DNA from: Chiloscyllium plagiosum
Taxonomy: Eukaryota
NCBI RefSeq assembly: GCF_004010195.1
Contig: NC_057718.1
Coordinates: 69,354,851-69,405,394, forward strand
DNA length: 50,544 nucleotides
Reading direction: 5' to 3'
Part shown: positions 25,342-37,829 of the stretch, in pieces
Numbering within the stretch: the first letter of the stretch is position 1
How the letters are laid out: each line of letters starts with the position of its first letter
Notes under the pieces: generated by a model
Told to the model about the DNA's origin: nothing
Databases searched by the model: none
Seen by the model: only the letters and a program-made list of their open reading frames with translations
Translations under genes and position numbers: made by a program

Positions 25342-26663
25342 TGCTTCCAATTAAACCTGTTGGACTGTAACCTGGTGTTGTGTGATTTTTAACTTTGTAC
25401 ACCCCAGTCCAACACTGGCATCTCCAAATCACACCTGGAGTGCAATGTTGACCTCCTTGCTTAAGGAAGGATATATTAGCTTTAGTGGTGGTACAGCAAA
25501 GGTCCACTACATTTGTCCCTGGGACAAGACGTTTGTTCTATGATGAAATGTAGAGTAAACTGGATCTTTTCTGTCTGGAGTTGAATAAGAAATGGTTTCA
25601 CTGCAATAAACATGTACTGAAGGGACTTGACAGGATAGACACTGATGAGTTTCTCCTGGTTCAGAAGCTAGAATAATACAGGCACAGTATAGTCTGGATA
25701 TGGTGTTAACTACTAAAACTAAGATGAGCAGAAATTGCTTCATTTCAAATATTGTTAGTTCTCCAGGCAGTTGCAGATGCTCCATCATTGCATATATTTA
25801 AGGCTGAGATAGACAGATGCCTGATTTCCACCATCAGTAAGAGATATTGGAAATGGATGGAAAAGTGGAGTTGAGACAGAAGATCACTCATGACTGTATG
25901 GAATGGTGGAGTAACCTGAAGGCCACTCTTGCTCTTAGTTTTTTTTTGAACAAAAAAAAAGTATCTCTAATTAAGGAAATACAGCCCTAAAGATCTTTCC
26001 AAGGCAACTTTTAAAAAAAAAAGCTTTGTCCACATTTCACCCCCCCCCCCAAACTATATTTCAGATGTAAATACTTCATCACAAATGTAGGTTGGCCTAG
26101 GGGTAACACTGAGGATTTATTATTGATTTGGTAGCATTATCACCTATGCAATAAGCTTCACAATAACAGTTAAGTGGACAGGATTGATCTAAAATGTCTT
26201 TCTTCCACTTACTAACGTTACTAATGTCATATTCTCATGTCCAAATAAATTGAATTGTAGCCTAAGAGAAAACAAATGAAACCTTTATTAAAGACAAGTT
26301 TTTTGCAAGAATGAACAAGATGCAAAAATACAAATTGAGTCTGAACATTAATTCAGCTTGAGGCTGACATTAATGCTTCCAAAGTCTGCCTGTGCTTGTC
26401 CCAACTAGGACAACAGCAAGGTCAATTCATTAAAACATTTCAGTGGTGTTCACCGAATGAGATTCTGGAAGTGGCATGAGGCAGGGTTGCAAAATGCAAA
26501 TGCAATTTTGCAAAAAAGCAGTGAAGCTTATTGATGCCGATATATTGTTTTTCTCTCTACACTGGCTCCAATTTGTTGTGGAAGCCTGAAAACAATCACA
26601 GTGGTGTTATGATGGAAGAGGCTGCTTGAACGGAAGAATTCTTCTCCCTCAATAAGCCTTATA

Positions 26664-26980
26664 GATTAGATTCACTCCAGCATGGAAACAGGTCCTTTTG
26701 GCCCAACAAGTCCACACTGACCCTCCGAAGAGTAACCCATCTAGACCCATTCCCCTACATTTCCCTCTGACTAATGCACCTAACATTGGGCAATTTAGCA
26801 TAGCCAATTTACCAGAACTGCACATCTTTTGGAATGTGGGAGAAAACCGGAGCATCTTGAGGAAACCCATCCAGACACAGGGAGAATGTGCAAACTCCAC
26901 ATGGATAATAAGCTGGAATCAAACCCTGGCCCCTGATACTGTGAGGCAGCAGTGCTAACCACTAAGCCACCATGTTGCCT
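26664..26980 (-). mobile_element. HE1-like V-SINE
   Basis: Head, V-domain and tagattaga tail. Confidence 0.9.
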
Positions 26981-27917
26981 CGGTGTAATTTGTGTAATAG
27001 GTACTCAGGAACTCCAATCGCCACATGAAGGAGCTCCCTTATTTTAAGGCCTTAATGAGCACTTGTGAGCACTTCATACACAAATTCCGAATGTTCTAAG
27101 TATTAGCCCATCAGAATGGCAAGTAAAGAGTGCATTGGGAATATTAGCCCTCAGATTTTCACACTCAATTAGATGAGAAACTGATACCCAAACCACATGA
27201 TTGACAACAGCTGCAGCCAACTTATTATTCACTCCCTGGAGTCAAATTTACAAGATGCAAACAAATAAACTGTTGTACAAATGCTACTGATAACTTGGCA
27301 CTATTTGATTTTAAAAATGTCACTCTACAACCAAACTAACTTGATTGAAGGTTTCTATTGGTGTTGCAGTTTGTAAATGCACAATGCACTAAACTGCTTG
27401 GTATGACTTGTTTAAAAGAACTATGCAAATGAATTGGCACATTTGTATTAATAATGGAAAGCAATAAATAGATTCACTAATGGAATGATAAAGCTAAACA
27501 GTCTGACAATTTCTAAACACCTCAAAGTCTTCGATTCATCATTTAGCAGCATGTACTTCATGCATGTTACCTCTTAATTTCATTCCCACAATTTTTAACT
27601 TTTCCCTTCATTTAGATATATTTTATACAAATTATATCAAACACTTCTTTCATAACTTGTCATAGTATAGTTATCTTACTTACACCCTTTGATTACTCAT
27701 AATGCAATAATGCTCATCTCTGAACTTGACAAAGGAACTAACTGCTCTAACTGACTTGATCATTCTGCTTCCAAATTACTTTGTTTTTGCTATTTAATTA
27801 TGTCACAATATAAACAAAATAATACACCATTATTTATTCAGCAAAAGTGTATTATTGACATGCACTATTAAGAATGTAAAGATCAAGCAGAAAATTCAGG
27901 GGATTGAAATTTTCTAC

Positions 27918-28195
27918 ATTTTTTATTCATCATGGGATGTGGGTTTTGCTGGCTGAGCCCATACTTATTGCCCATTCCCAGCTACCCTCAAGAAAGTATC
28001 CTTCTTGAACTGCTGCAGCCCATTTGGTTTTAGAAGGTTGACAGTGTTCTTAATCAGTTGCAGCGTTTTGACCCAGTAACGCTGCTGAAAAGACAATATA
28101 TTTCCAGGTCAAGACAGTGAGTGGTCTGGAGGGGAACTTAAGATGGCGGTGTTCTCCTCTATCTACCATCCTTGTCCTTCTTTAATGGTGGTAGT
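27918..28195 (-). mobile_element. Probable 3' end of a second (non-CR1) LINE family
   Basis: tttattcat..gggatgtgg...ttattgccc...gaaag motif, also seen at about 43487-43580. The family assignment is inferred. Confidence 0.5.
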
Positions 28196-28229
28196 TAATA
28201 TTTTAACTTGCATGTTAGAATGTTTTGAC

Positions 28230-28620
28230 AGATACATTTATGACCATGTATGCCAGTTTATCAGAAGAACAACCTATAGCGTACAAACTGTCAAAGAGGC
28301 AACATTTATCACTTATGAGTTTGTCCCTGAAGCCTGTCAATTTAAATTTAGAACTACAAGAAAACTAATCAGACATTTGCAGAATTTGCAAGGGAGAAAG
28401 AATTGCTGTGGGTTCAGAGATTAGATCACTCAAGGTAGAGAAAAATATTGGGAATTTAAGGGAAATTATCATGGAAGTATTCATAAATACCATCTCTGAA
28501 AACCTAAAAACTTATTTAGATAAGTATCAAAGATTAACAATCAGAGAAGTAGCAGTTCTGACAGATTTCTATGACATCTTGCTGACAATTACAGGTGGAT
28601 GGAAATCCACTAGTTAATTG
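28230..28620 (+). pseudogene. Gmr1-like Gypsy gag (SCAN-like capsid region) relic
   Basis: YEFVPEACQFKFRTTRK and IRSLKVEKNIGNLREIIMEVFINTISENLKTYL..TIREVAVLTDFYDI. Confidence 0.65.
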
Positions 28621-28693
28621 GAGGAATAGAAAATATGCATGTGGAAAAGGTACCAGTTTCAGAAAGCAGCCAGAAGGATGCCAAAGTTCCTTG

Positions 28694-29714
28694 ATTAAAA
28701 ATCACACATCAGGTTAAAATCCAACAGGTTTATTTGGAAGCACTAGCTTTTGGAGTGCTGCTCCTTCATCAGGTGGCTGTGGAGTATCAGATCGTAAGAC
28801 ACAATTTCATAGCTAAAGTTTACAGTGTGATGTAGCTGAAACTACATATTGAAAAAGACCTGGATTGTTTAAGTCTCATCTTTTAGAATAACCATGTCGG
28901 TTTCAGTTCTTTCATATGTAAATTACAGAACATTTACAAGTTACATTATCAAGTGAACTTTAACAAATGGTGTCATGTCGGCCCAGATAATACATTGAAG
29001 GTGCGAACTGCCCTGTGTGAGACTGTCTGTGCCACAATAGTCAGACTGATTCTAATCTTAAAAAATGGATTTACAAAATTCTACATGGGTTCATGAAGTT
29101 TTTGAGCAAAGTAAAATGTAATTCTGCAAGTACAAATTCACCCCACAAACTTATTTGTGTGTGTATATATAGTGCAATGGGGTCATCTGTAGTGTGACAT
29201 GAACCCAAGGCCATCCCCTCAATTTGCACTTGCTGAATTACATTTTACATTGCTCAAGAACTGCATGAATCCATGTAAGATTCTGTAAATCCATTTCTTT
29301 CAGATTAGAATCAGTCTGACTATTGTGGCACAGATAGTCTCTCACAGGGTAGCTCACACCTTCAATGTATTTTCTGGGCCAACATGACACCAATTGTTAA
29401 AGTTCACTTGAGAATGTAACTTTAAAAAAGTTCTGCGATTTACATATGAAAGAACTGAAACCAACATGGTCAGTCTAAAACATGAGAGATTTAACAAACA
29501 ATCCAGGTCTTTTTCAATATATAATTTCAATTATATCACACTGTAAACTTTTGCTATAAATTCTGTGTCTTACAATCTTATTCTTATTTTTCACAATCAC
29601 TTGATGGAGCAGCATACCAAAAGCTAGTACTTCCAAATAAATCAGTTGGACTATAACCAGGTATTGTGTGTTTTTTTACCTTTGGACACCCCAGTCCAAC
29701 ACAACTCCAAATCA
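28694..29714 (+). mobile_element. PLE family B fold-back element, about 450-bp inverted arms, hammerheads decayed
   Basis: Arms at about 28694-29140 and 29221-29680; TSD aaagttccttg at 28683-28693 and 29715-29725. Confidence 0.88.
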
Positions 29715-29729
29715 AAAGTTCCTTGTGCA

Positions 29730-30460
29730 CGATTGGCCAATCAATAAAGTTATGGCTGACCTGACTGCGGCCTCAAATCTGCATTCATGCCTACACCAAT
29801 AACCTTTCACCCTTTTGCTAAACAAGAATCAATTTACTTCCACTTTTCAGGGAGAGCGTTCTAAAGATTCACCAACATTTAAGAGAGAGAATTACACCTT
29901 ACATCTATTTTAAACGTTCAATCCCTTATTTTCAAACATTGACCTCTAGTTCTACATTCTCCCAATAGTGAATGTAACTTCTCCATATCTACCATGTCAA
30001 GTTCCCTCAGAACATACAGAATGTTAGTCACTAGGGCTGCACTTAATCTAGGGTCAATCTTCAATCAAAGTGAAACTGAATCCCTGACTGTGTAAGGCTC
30101 TCATTGGACTCATTTGGGGGTGACAGTGGACTTGATTGGAACTATGAAACTTGTTTAATATGTGCACCAATCTCTGCATGAAAAAGTTCCTCATCAGTCC
30201 TTTTAAATCTCTACTCTTGCTTTAAACCTGTGTCTTCAGGATTTGGATTCTCCTACCCTGGGAAAAAGATCTTGGCTATTCACTTTATTCATTCCCATCA
30301 GGATTTGGTAAACTTCTATAAGGTCACCCCTCGCTCTCCAAATCTCCAGAAAATAAAGCCCCAGCCTATTCAACCTCTCCCTATAGCTCAAACACTCCAG
30401 TCCCAGCAACATTCTTGTACTGTAAGTCTTTTCTCAAGTTTAATGACATCCTTCCTACAT
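29730..30460 (-). mobile_element. Two CR1 3' fragments
   Basis: Reverse-strand LSYRERLNRLGL..DLIEVY-like remnants and tails. Confidence 0.65.
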
Positions 30461-30609
30461 AAAGATTACAAACCAGTTTCATTATACAGAGTTGGATTAA
30501 AGACGGACAGAAGTGGGAGTTAGCACTGTTACTTCACAGCACCAGGGACCTGAGTTTGATTCCAACCTGGGGATGGGGGGGGGGGGGGGGGTGGGGAGGG
30601 GGGGTAACT

Positions 30610-31265
30610 GAACATAGAACACAGAAAAGTATAGCACAGAACAGGACCTTAGGCCCACAATGTTGTGCTGAGGTTTAATCCTAATGTGAAATAATAACTT
30701 AACCTACACACCCCTCAACGCACTGCTATCCATGTGCATGTCCTGCAGTCGCTTAAATGTCCCTAATGATTCTGGTTCCACCACCACCGCTGGCAATACA
30801 TTCCATGCATTCACAACTCTCTGAGTAAAGAACCTACCTCTGACGTCTCCTCTATACCTTTCGCCTAATATCTTAAAACTATGACCCCTTGTATCCATCA
30901 ATCCTGCCCTTTGGAAGAGTCTCTGGCTATTGACTCTATCTATTCCTCTCATTATCTCGTCTACCTCGATCAGGTCTCCTCTCTTCCTCCTTCTTTCCAG
31001 AGAGAAAAGTCCGAGCTTTTTCTACCTTTCTTCATAAGGCAAGCCCTCCAGTCCAGGCATCATCCTGGTAAACCTTCTTTGCACGCTCTCCAAAGCCTTT
31101 GTATCTTTCCTATAATAGGGTGACCAGAACTGGACACAATATTCCAAGTGTGGTCTCACCAGGGACTTGTAGAGCTGTAGCAAAACCTCACAGCTCTTAA
31201 ACTCGATTCCCCTGTTCATGAAAGCCAAAACATCATATGCTTTCTTAACAACTCTATCCACTTGA
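30610..31265 (-). mobile_element. CR1 3' fragment, same subfamily as 19462-22478
   Basis: LLQLYKSLVRPHLEYCVQFWSPYYRKD; RGRFFTQRVVNAWN. Confidence 0.93.
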
Positions 31266-31570
31266 GTGGATGGAGTTTACATCCCCACACCTCTGTGGAT
31301 TTCTGCCGGGAGTTCTGATTTCCTCCCACCATCAAAAGATGCACTGTTTAGGTGGATTGGCTATGCTAAATTGCCATGTAGTATCCAGGGATATGCAAGC
31401 TAAGTTGATTAGCCTTGGTAAATATAGGGTTATGAGAATAGGGTGGGGCTCTGGGTGGGATGCTCTTTGGAGGGTCTGTGCAGACTCCATGGGCCAACAG
31501 CCTCATTCTTCACTGAGGCTTCATAGGTTCCAGCTCAGCGAGCAAACCTATATCCGGAACCTATGATTCT
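31266..31570 (+). mobile_element. V-SINE body; its head lies at about 30511-30570, separated by a poly-G tract and the CR1 insertion
   Basis: tggagtttacat...tttcctcccac...tgctaaattgcc; head gttagcactg...cacagcaccagggacc. Confidence 0.7.
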
Positions 31571-31574
31571 AGAG

Positions 31575-32190
31575 AAGTAAATTCTTCAATGAGAAATGAC
31601 CTGGCAGGTTCAAGAACATTAGCCTCACCAAGTGTGGTGGAACAATCAGTGGACGTAAAATAAATTGAAATGTTAAGGAAGAAAATATTCGGATTACTTC
31701 TGACTGTATTGTGACAACATCTCAGGTCCATACAATTAGGCTGGAAGTAAAGAAATCTGTGAAACAGGGAGATGATTTGGAAATTCAGTTATCAGATATT
31801 ATTTTGAAAATGCAACTAAAAAAGATAGGAAACAAGGTTATGCTTTGCCCAGCTTCTAAACAGAAGTGCAACAAATAGATTTGGAACTTGAAGAGTTACA
31901 TCAAACAACTATCTCAGAAATTGAATCAGAGACAATACCAGTTAAGTTATTGTTTGAAAGACAAGATGCTAGAAAACAGAGATGACCTTAAATACCAGCC
32001 TGTGAGAAACGTGCAGTTGTTCATCAGTCCCATCTGGGTATCATAGTTAAATTGTATAGGTGGCTTATATAATTCCAATGGCAGGTCACTCAGGCAATAA
32101 GGAAACACAGGATAAAACATTAAAGCATTTTTATTGGTCAGGAGTACATACAATGCGGTCAGATTTTGTCAGACATGCCATACATGATAA
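31575..32190 (+). pseudogene. Gmr1-like Gypsy protease-linker/integrase zinc-finger relic
   Basis: DCIVTTSQV, YCLKDKML, VAYIIPMAGHSGNKETQDKTLKHFYWSGVH...RFCQTCHT* (H2C2 integrase zinc-binding motif). Confidence 0.7.
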
Positions 32191-32286
32191 CTCCAACCCT
32201 CAATTATATATGTGCCTGTAATTTCTTCAACTTTGACAATTCTTTTAATGTGCTTTCAATTTTGTTGATCATGACTGCATTTCAGT

Positions 32287-32498
32287 GTCAAAACGTGTGG
32301 TGCTGGAGAAGCACACTCAGGCAGCATCCGAGGAGCAGGACAGTCGACGTTTCAATTATAAGCTCTTTGTGAAGAGCTTATACTTGAAAGGTTGACTCTC
32401 CTGCTCTTCAGATGCTGCCTGACTGACTGTGCTTTTCAGCATCACACTTTTTTTTGACTCTGATCTCTAGCATCTGCAGTCCTCACTTTCTGCTTCAA
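32287..32498 (+). mobile_element. PLE family A fold-back element
   Basis: Inverted arms folding at aagctctt-tgtg-aagagctt; TSD gactgcatttcagt at 32273-32286 and 32499-32512. Confidence 0.88.
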
Positions 32499-32544
32499 GA
32501 CTGCATTTCAGTTCAGGTGCTGGTCGTTTTATTGAATATGCAAA

Positions 32545-32952
32545 CTCAGGACATACCTGGGCAATTTTCCACATTGTCGAGTAGATGCCAGTATTGTAAC
32601 TGTACTGGAAGAGCTTGGTTATGGGAGTGGCAAGTTCTGGAGCACATATCTTCAATATTATTGCCGGATTGTTATCAGGACCCATTGCCTTTGCAGTATC
32701 CAGCTGTTTCTTGATATCACGTGGAGTGAATCAAATTGGTTGTAGACTGATATCTGTGATGTTGAAGATCACTGGAGGAGCCAGAGATGGATCAGCCACT
32801 CGGCACTTCTGCCTGAAGATTGTTGTGAATACCTCAGCCTTATCTTTTGCACTGATGTTCTGGGTTCGTCCATCATTGAGGATGGGGATATTTGTGGAGT
32901 GTCCTCCTCCAGTGAGTTGTTTAATGTCCACCACCATTCATGACTGGATGTG
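32545..32952 (-). mobile_element. Non-CR1 LINE RT N-terminal fragment
   Basis: NIPILNDG..ISAKDKAEVF; MGPDNNPAIILKICAPELATPITKLFQYSYNTGIYSTMWKIAQVCP. Confidence 0.8.
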
Positions 32953-33997
32953 AAATTGAACTAACTTTTTCCACAAGCACCTGACAGTGACTTAAATTGT
33001 AAATGTTGAAATACACTGCTTCACTAAATCTTGTGAAAACATCCATTGTCATTAAAAGATATTGATTCCCATTCCTGGTTTTAGGTAGCACCTAACATAA
33101 TGATTAAATCCTGCTAAATGGCTCTTTAGAAAGCTCCTGCTACTGACAATTTTTCTGTCTTCATAAAAATCAGAAAATATCAAAGGATTTAATAAGTCAG
33201 TTGTTTACCAATTTCCAATTGCTGTATTGCTTGCATTTGTCACAAAAGGGCCAAACTGTTTCTCAACCAATGTCTTTTTCATCATAACCTTTAATATTGC
33301 CATTAAAAACCCTCTCAAATACTCCCTTCATAATTGTTTGCTGCGCGTTGTTTTGTTCCCAGCTTCTTCTTAACATCTCTGATATAATCACTTTCTTCAG
33401 TTTAATGCTCTCACTTCTCTCGGTTCAACTGCACATGTCAAGTTCCTTTCCTTTAGGGTTGAATGCTTTCCATTAAGTACGCTTTTTAACATTACCCACT
33501 CTTTATTTCTATCTTTTATCACTTAGTATTTCAGTGCTCACTTGTGTCATACCTACATCCAAATTGATCACTCAAACATCACTCTACCCTTTGTCCTCCT
33601 GTATGTCCACCTTCTCTTTGACATACCAGCATTGTTCAGCTTTATCACTCTGTGATAGACAGTGTCACATTCTCCTCAATCTCTGGGTGAAGATGTTTCT
33701 CTTGAATTCTTCATTGGATTTATTGTGACTGTCTCATCTTTAGGACTCTGCCACATGCGGGGCTATGTTCTCTACATCAATCTGAATCACTCCCATCAAG
33801 TCATAAGCCCCAGCCTGTTAAATCTTTCAAATTTGTTATTAAATTGAGCATAGCGCACACAGGCAGGTTTGCCTCCCAAAAAGAAAACACCATCCGTCAG
33901 TGAGTTGATGTCTTTTGGGATGCCATTGCTACTGTAAATACAAATAGCAGTCAGAACATACAGTATTGTTTTATAACTTCTATAACTTTTATAATCA

Positions 33998-34342
33998 GGC
34001 GGCACTGTGTCCATTGGTTAGCACTGCTGCCTCACAGCGCCAGGGACCCAGGTTCAATTCCAGCCTTGGGCCACTATCTGTGTGGAGTTTGCACATTCTC
34101 CGTGTGTCTGCATGGCTTTCCTCCAGGAGCCCCGGTTTCCACCTACAGTCTAAGCATATTCAAGTTAGGTAAATTGGCTATGCTAAATTGCCCATAGTGT
34201 TCAACAATGTGTGGGTTAGGTGCATTAGTCAGGGATAAATATAGGGTAGGGGGAATGGGCCTGGGTGCGTTACTCTTCAGAAGGTCAGTGTGGACTTGTT
34301 GGGCTGAAGGACCTGTTTCCATACTGTAGGAATTCTATAATG
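33998..34342 (+). mobile_element. HE1-like V-SINE
   Basis: Head, B box ggttcaattcc, V-domain and tail. Confidence 0.9.
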
Positions 34343-35299
34343 ATTCAGGGTTCAATGAAACAATATGTTCTTTGTTTAATACTGTTAGAAATGGGTCTGA
34401 AATTACAAGTAATGCTTTCTATTGAATATCTTTATTATTACAGCAACATTATTTTTGCTGTTGCAGCTTACATGGTTTTAATTTTACCAAATCAATAATA
34501 TTTTAATATAGTTAAGCAGAAGGTTTGGTCATGTTAGAAGCTGCAAAGATGGCTGGATTAAATTCTACAAATTAAAAGAGGCTGTGAAGAACAACACGCA
34601 GTTATAAAGTCCATTGTGTGCAGTTAGATAGTGTTTCTGTTTTGCTATATAAATTCTAAAATGAGTTAAGTAAAATCTCTTACCTAATCATGTAAATGTG
34701 ATGCTACTGTAAACTTTAATAGATATACAATTACTTATGTCAACAGAAAAGATGTTCTATGGTTCTTCCCAGTACTGATCCCTCAAGAATATTCATGTTA
34801 ACCTAATGTATTTTTGAAATTCAAAAACTCCGTTATTCATCAGATTCTCTGTTTCCATTTAAACCACAGACTCAATTTGTATCCAGCTGTTTTTAACCAC
34901 ATAATATCGTGTAGGGTGTCCAAGGACTCTTTACTGCTTTGCTTCTCATCCCTGCCTACAATTCCACATGAGCCTTTGCTCCTCTTAAGGTCATGTGATT
35001 AGAGGGAAACTTCATTTCCAATTTCTCTCCCTATGCTCAGTCCCCTCGCCATTTCTAAATAGCACAATCTCCTTCTCTCATCACCCTTATTTTTCCTTTT
35101 TCCTGAATTTGAACACACAAATCCAAAAATAATTAATTTTTAAAAAAATCTACATTCACTGCAGATTATCATTAATATTTGATACTCGTGAAAAGTGATT
35201 TGTTATCAAAGCAGCAGCAATGTCCTCCCTGTGCTTGCTGCTCCTCTATTCACTGCTCAGCAACCAGTGGTTCATGTTAAAAAGGAGAGAGCTGCATGT

Positions 35300-35420
35300 T
35301 TCAAAAACCAAAATTGTTGGAAAAATTCAGCAGGTCTGGCAGCATCTATAGGAAGAAAGCAGAGTTAAGGCTTTGAGTCCAGTGACTCTATCAGAACTGA
35401 CAGCAGCTAGAAAAATTGGT
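35300..35420 (-). mobile_element. Decayed PLE-type terminal fragment (family D, related to A) with eroded hammerhead
   Basis: Reverse complement ttctgatagagtcactggactcaaagccttaactctg; similar to 44270-44326. Confidence 0.5.
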
Positions 35421-37829
35421 ATTTATCCTTCAAATTAAAATTAAGCACATCGTTCAGGTCAGAGGTTCTGGTTGCTCAGTATGGACAATGACAAGAAATC
35501 TGTTTACAATATCGGCCCTGTTCCTCCAGTTGTATTTTACTGGCTGCACCTCACATCCTCCCAAGCATTGTAGAAACTCTCAGCCTTCAGAGTTTTGGGA
35601 AATATATACCACAATATAGTGTTAAAGTATACAACGGTGTTGGGGAAATGTTTGAAATAATTTAACAATGGATTGAATTGATTCACAAGTACATAAATGC
35701 TGTTGTAAAAGTTAACTTTTAACATTTCTGACTACATCCTGAGAAATGGTGCTTTCTAAATGCAAAATGAGTGCCCATAACTTGATGTTAAATTTGGGCC
35801 TTAATAGGATGATACAGGGAGTAAGTAACTTGTATTGGCTGCTGTTAAGGAATGAAACTAGGTGTGGATGGTGTCCCAGCAAGTGTTTTATGTTTGCCCA
35901 TAGCTGGATATTCCTTCCTGTAATAAAGTCTCTCTTTCGCCCACATAAGCATTTGAAGATGAAGGGAAGTAAGAGCTTCGACTACATTGACAATTTTTCA
36001 CTTCGTCAGGAATAATCAAATGGAATCTGAAAAGATGCTTGAACAGTGGAAATAGTGATTCAACAGTAAGAACAGCAGTCTCCATTCTAGGCGTTGTTCT
36101 TGCATTTGATGAACATTTTAAAATAAACATTAACATTAAAGTACATAACATACATGATGACACATCAACTTTACTTTGGTGTCTGATCAAAATGGAAAGT
36201 TTGCTACACTATGTTTCAGTTGTACATTCTTTCCTCCTGGAGAGTACTGATTGCAGAATACAGAAAATTTCATAAGGTTGCAAGGCACATGGATTTTTGT
36301 TCTATAGTATAGTAAGATTTCCACCAAGAATAACAGTGTGTAAAGTACCTGTTCCATGCCCATCTTGCTAGATTCAAGATCTTAAAATATGATATGGATG
36401 AATTTCACGAATTGAAATATTTCACCAGGTCTCAGATGGGGTGGTGGAAATGAGGAAAAATAAAACAAGATCATAATTGCCACTGCAATATCCTCATCAA
36501 AACACTGCATTTATAGTTGTTTTAGGCTGTCTTCTAACTCTATGGTGTAACAATAACAGTATAGTGAGTGTTGCAAGAAATGTTGCTCTCTAGCATGAAA
36601 AATAACCCAGCTGTTTCTGTCATAGCTTCTAACTGGTTTATAACTTAATTCATCCATTATAACTCATGTTCTCCCTTATTATTCTATCTGTTTAATATTA
36701 TCTTAAGCATCAAAAATAATACACTCAATAGTTTCTCTTTAAATACGACTTGGTCCAAGTCACAGGCAGACAAAAACACACACGCTAATCCATTAGATCT
36801 CAGATCCTCATCTAATTTTTGACAATTATAAAAATCTGAGTACTGTACACCCTATGCTGCAGCCATAAATTAATACTTATAAATATTGGATAGAAACAAA
36901 GAAAATGCACAATATTATTTCTAAAAATGACAGGGAAAAATAGGTAACAATAAGCTTAATGTTTTATGAATCATTGCACTCCAGGGACAGACAAAAAGGA
37001 TGGCCTATCCTGTTCATAACCTTTTTCATTAAACATAATTATACAAAACTGGATATTTTGTACAATAGTTAATCAACAGATACTTTTATAGAGTTAGAAA
37101 TAGTGTTCAGCAGGTGACAATAGTACAGCTGTAGATTATGCTGGAATGAAATGGATTAATACAGGGGCTATGTTAGAGTAAATTCAATCATTCCACATTC
37201 ATAATAGGGGCAATGTCTGGCAGGAAGTGATGTGTTGAAAAATGGGTGTTGCAGTGAGATAGCCTCATCTCCCTACTCCAAGCACAAGTCATTCAACTTG
37301 CCCTCAATTCTAAGTTAGGCAAATATAGATTTAAAGTGCTTCCCGCAGCCAAGGTGAATGGAATTTACCTTTTATTTCACATAGCCGAATTCTTACCCTC
37401 CACCAATATTATGGATGATCTTTCAAGAGAATATCCAACAAATTGTTTTAACAAGGATAAAATCAGACTTTCACCAATGCCTTGAGTGGGGCTTAAGTAT
37501 TCAGGAGTCCTGGTATTAATATTGAAGAACATGATAGGCAAAGATATGAGGAAATTTAAACAAAAACACAATCAGGTTAATGCGGGGAGGAGTGTAGGGT
37601 TAAAAGCTTAGTAAGTTAAAGTCTAAAAGTTTCAACAAAATCCACATCCAAACCTATCAGCTTCCAGTTTTATCTTGGGTACATACAGATTGGTGAGCAG
37701 GTCACTAATACATTTCAAAGAAATGAGCTAACACTTTGTCCAATACCAAAGCTGTGAACCTCAAAGTCTGTCAGCCTTTTAAAGTTAACTGTTGTCTTTC
37801 TCGTTTCCCCAAGGCTCAGGAAATCACAT

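Larger units (their letters stand above)
24423..25430 (+). mobile_element. PLE family B non-autonomous element with about 130-bp inverted ends and a CA-rich core
   Basis: Arms at about 24420-24552 and 25277-25402; TSD acacctggagtg at 24411-24422 and 25431-25442. Confidence 0.9.
22700..25940 (+). mobile_element. Old CR1 LINE, split by a PLE fold-back
   Basis: GNYRLVSL, DFQKGFSKVPQ, SKFADDTNL and DKCEVIHF remnants; continues after 25431. Confidence 0.75.

Noticed and set aside
15577..29714. Long inverted repeats as TIRs of a DNA transposon or MITE
   Set aside because: Arms are asymmetric, fold points vary between copies, and the internal coding remnant is a PLE GIY-YIG rather than a DDE transposase.
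10881..29714. CRISPR-like or other prokaryotic system
   Set aside because: The repeats are dispersed rather than regularly spaced, and there are no cas genes or operon-like gene density.
19222..30604. Poly-G tracts at about 19232-19250 and 30575-30604 as functional G-quadruplexes
   Set aside because: They lie inside decayed repeats, and homopolymer lengths are unreliable in assemblies.
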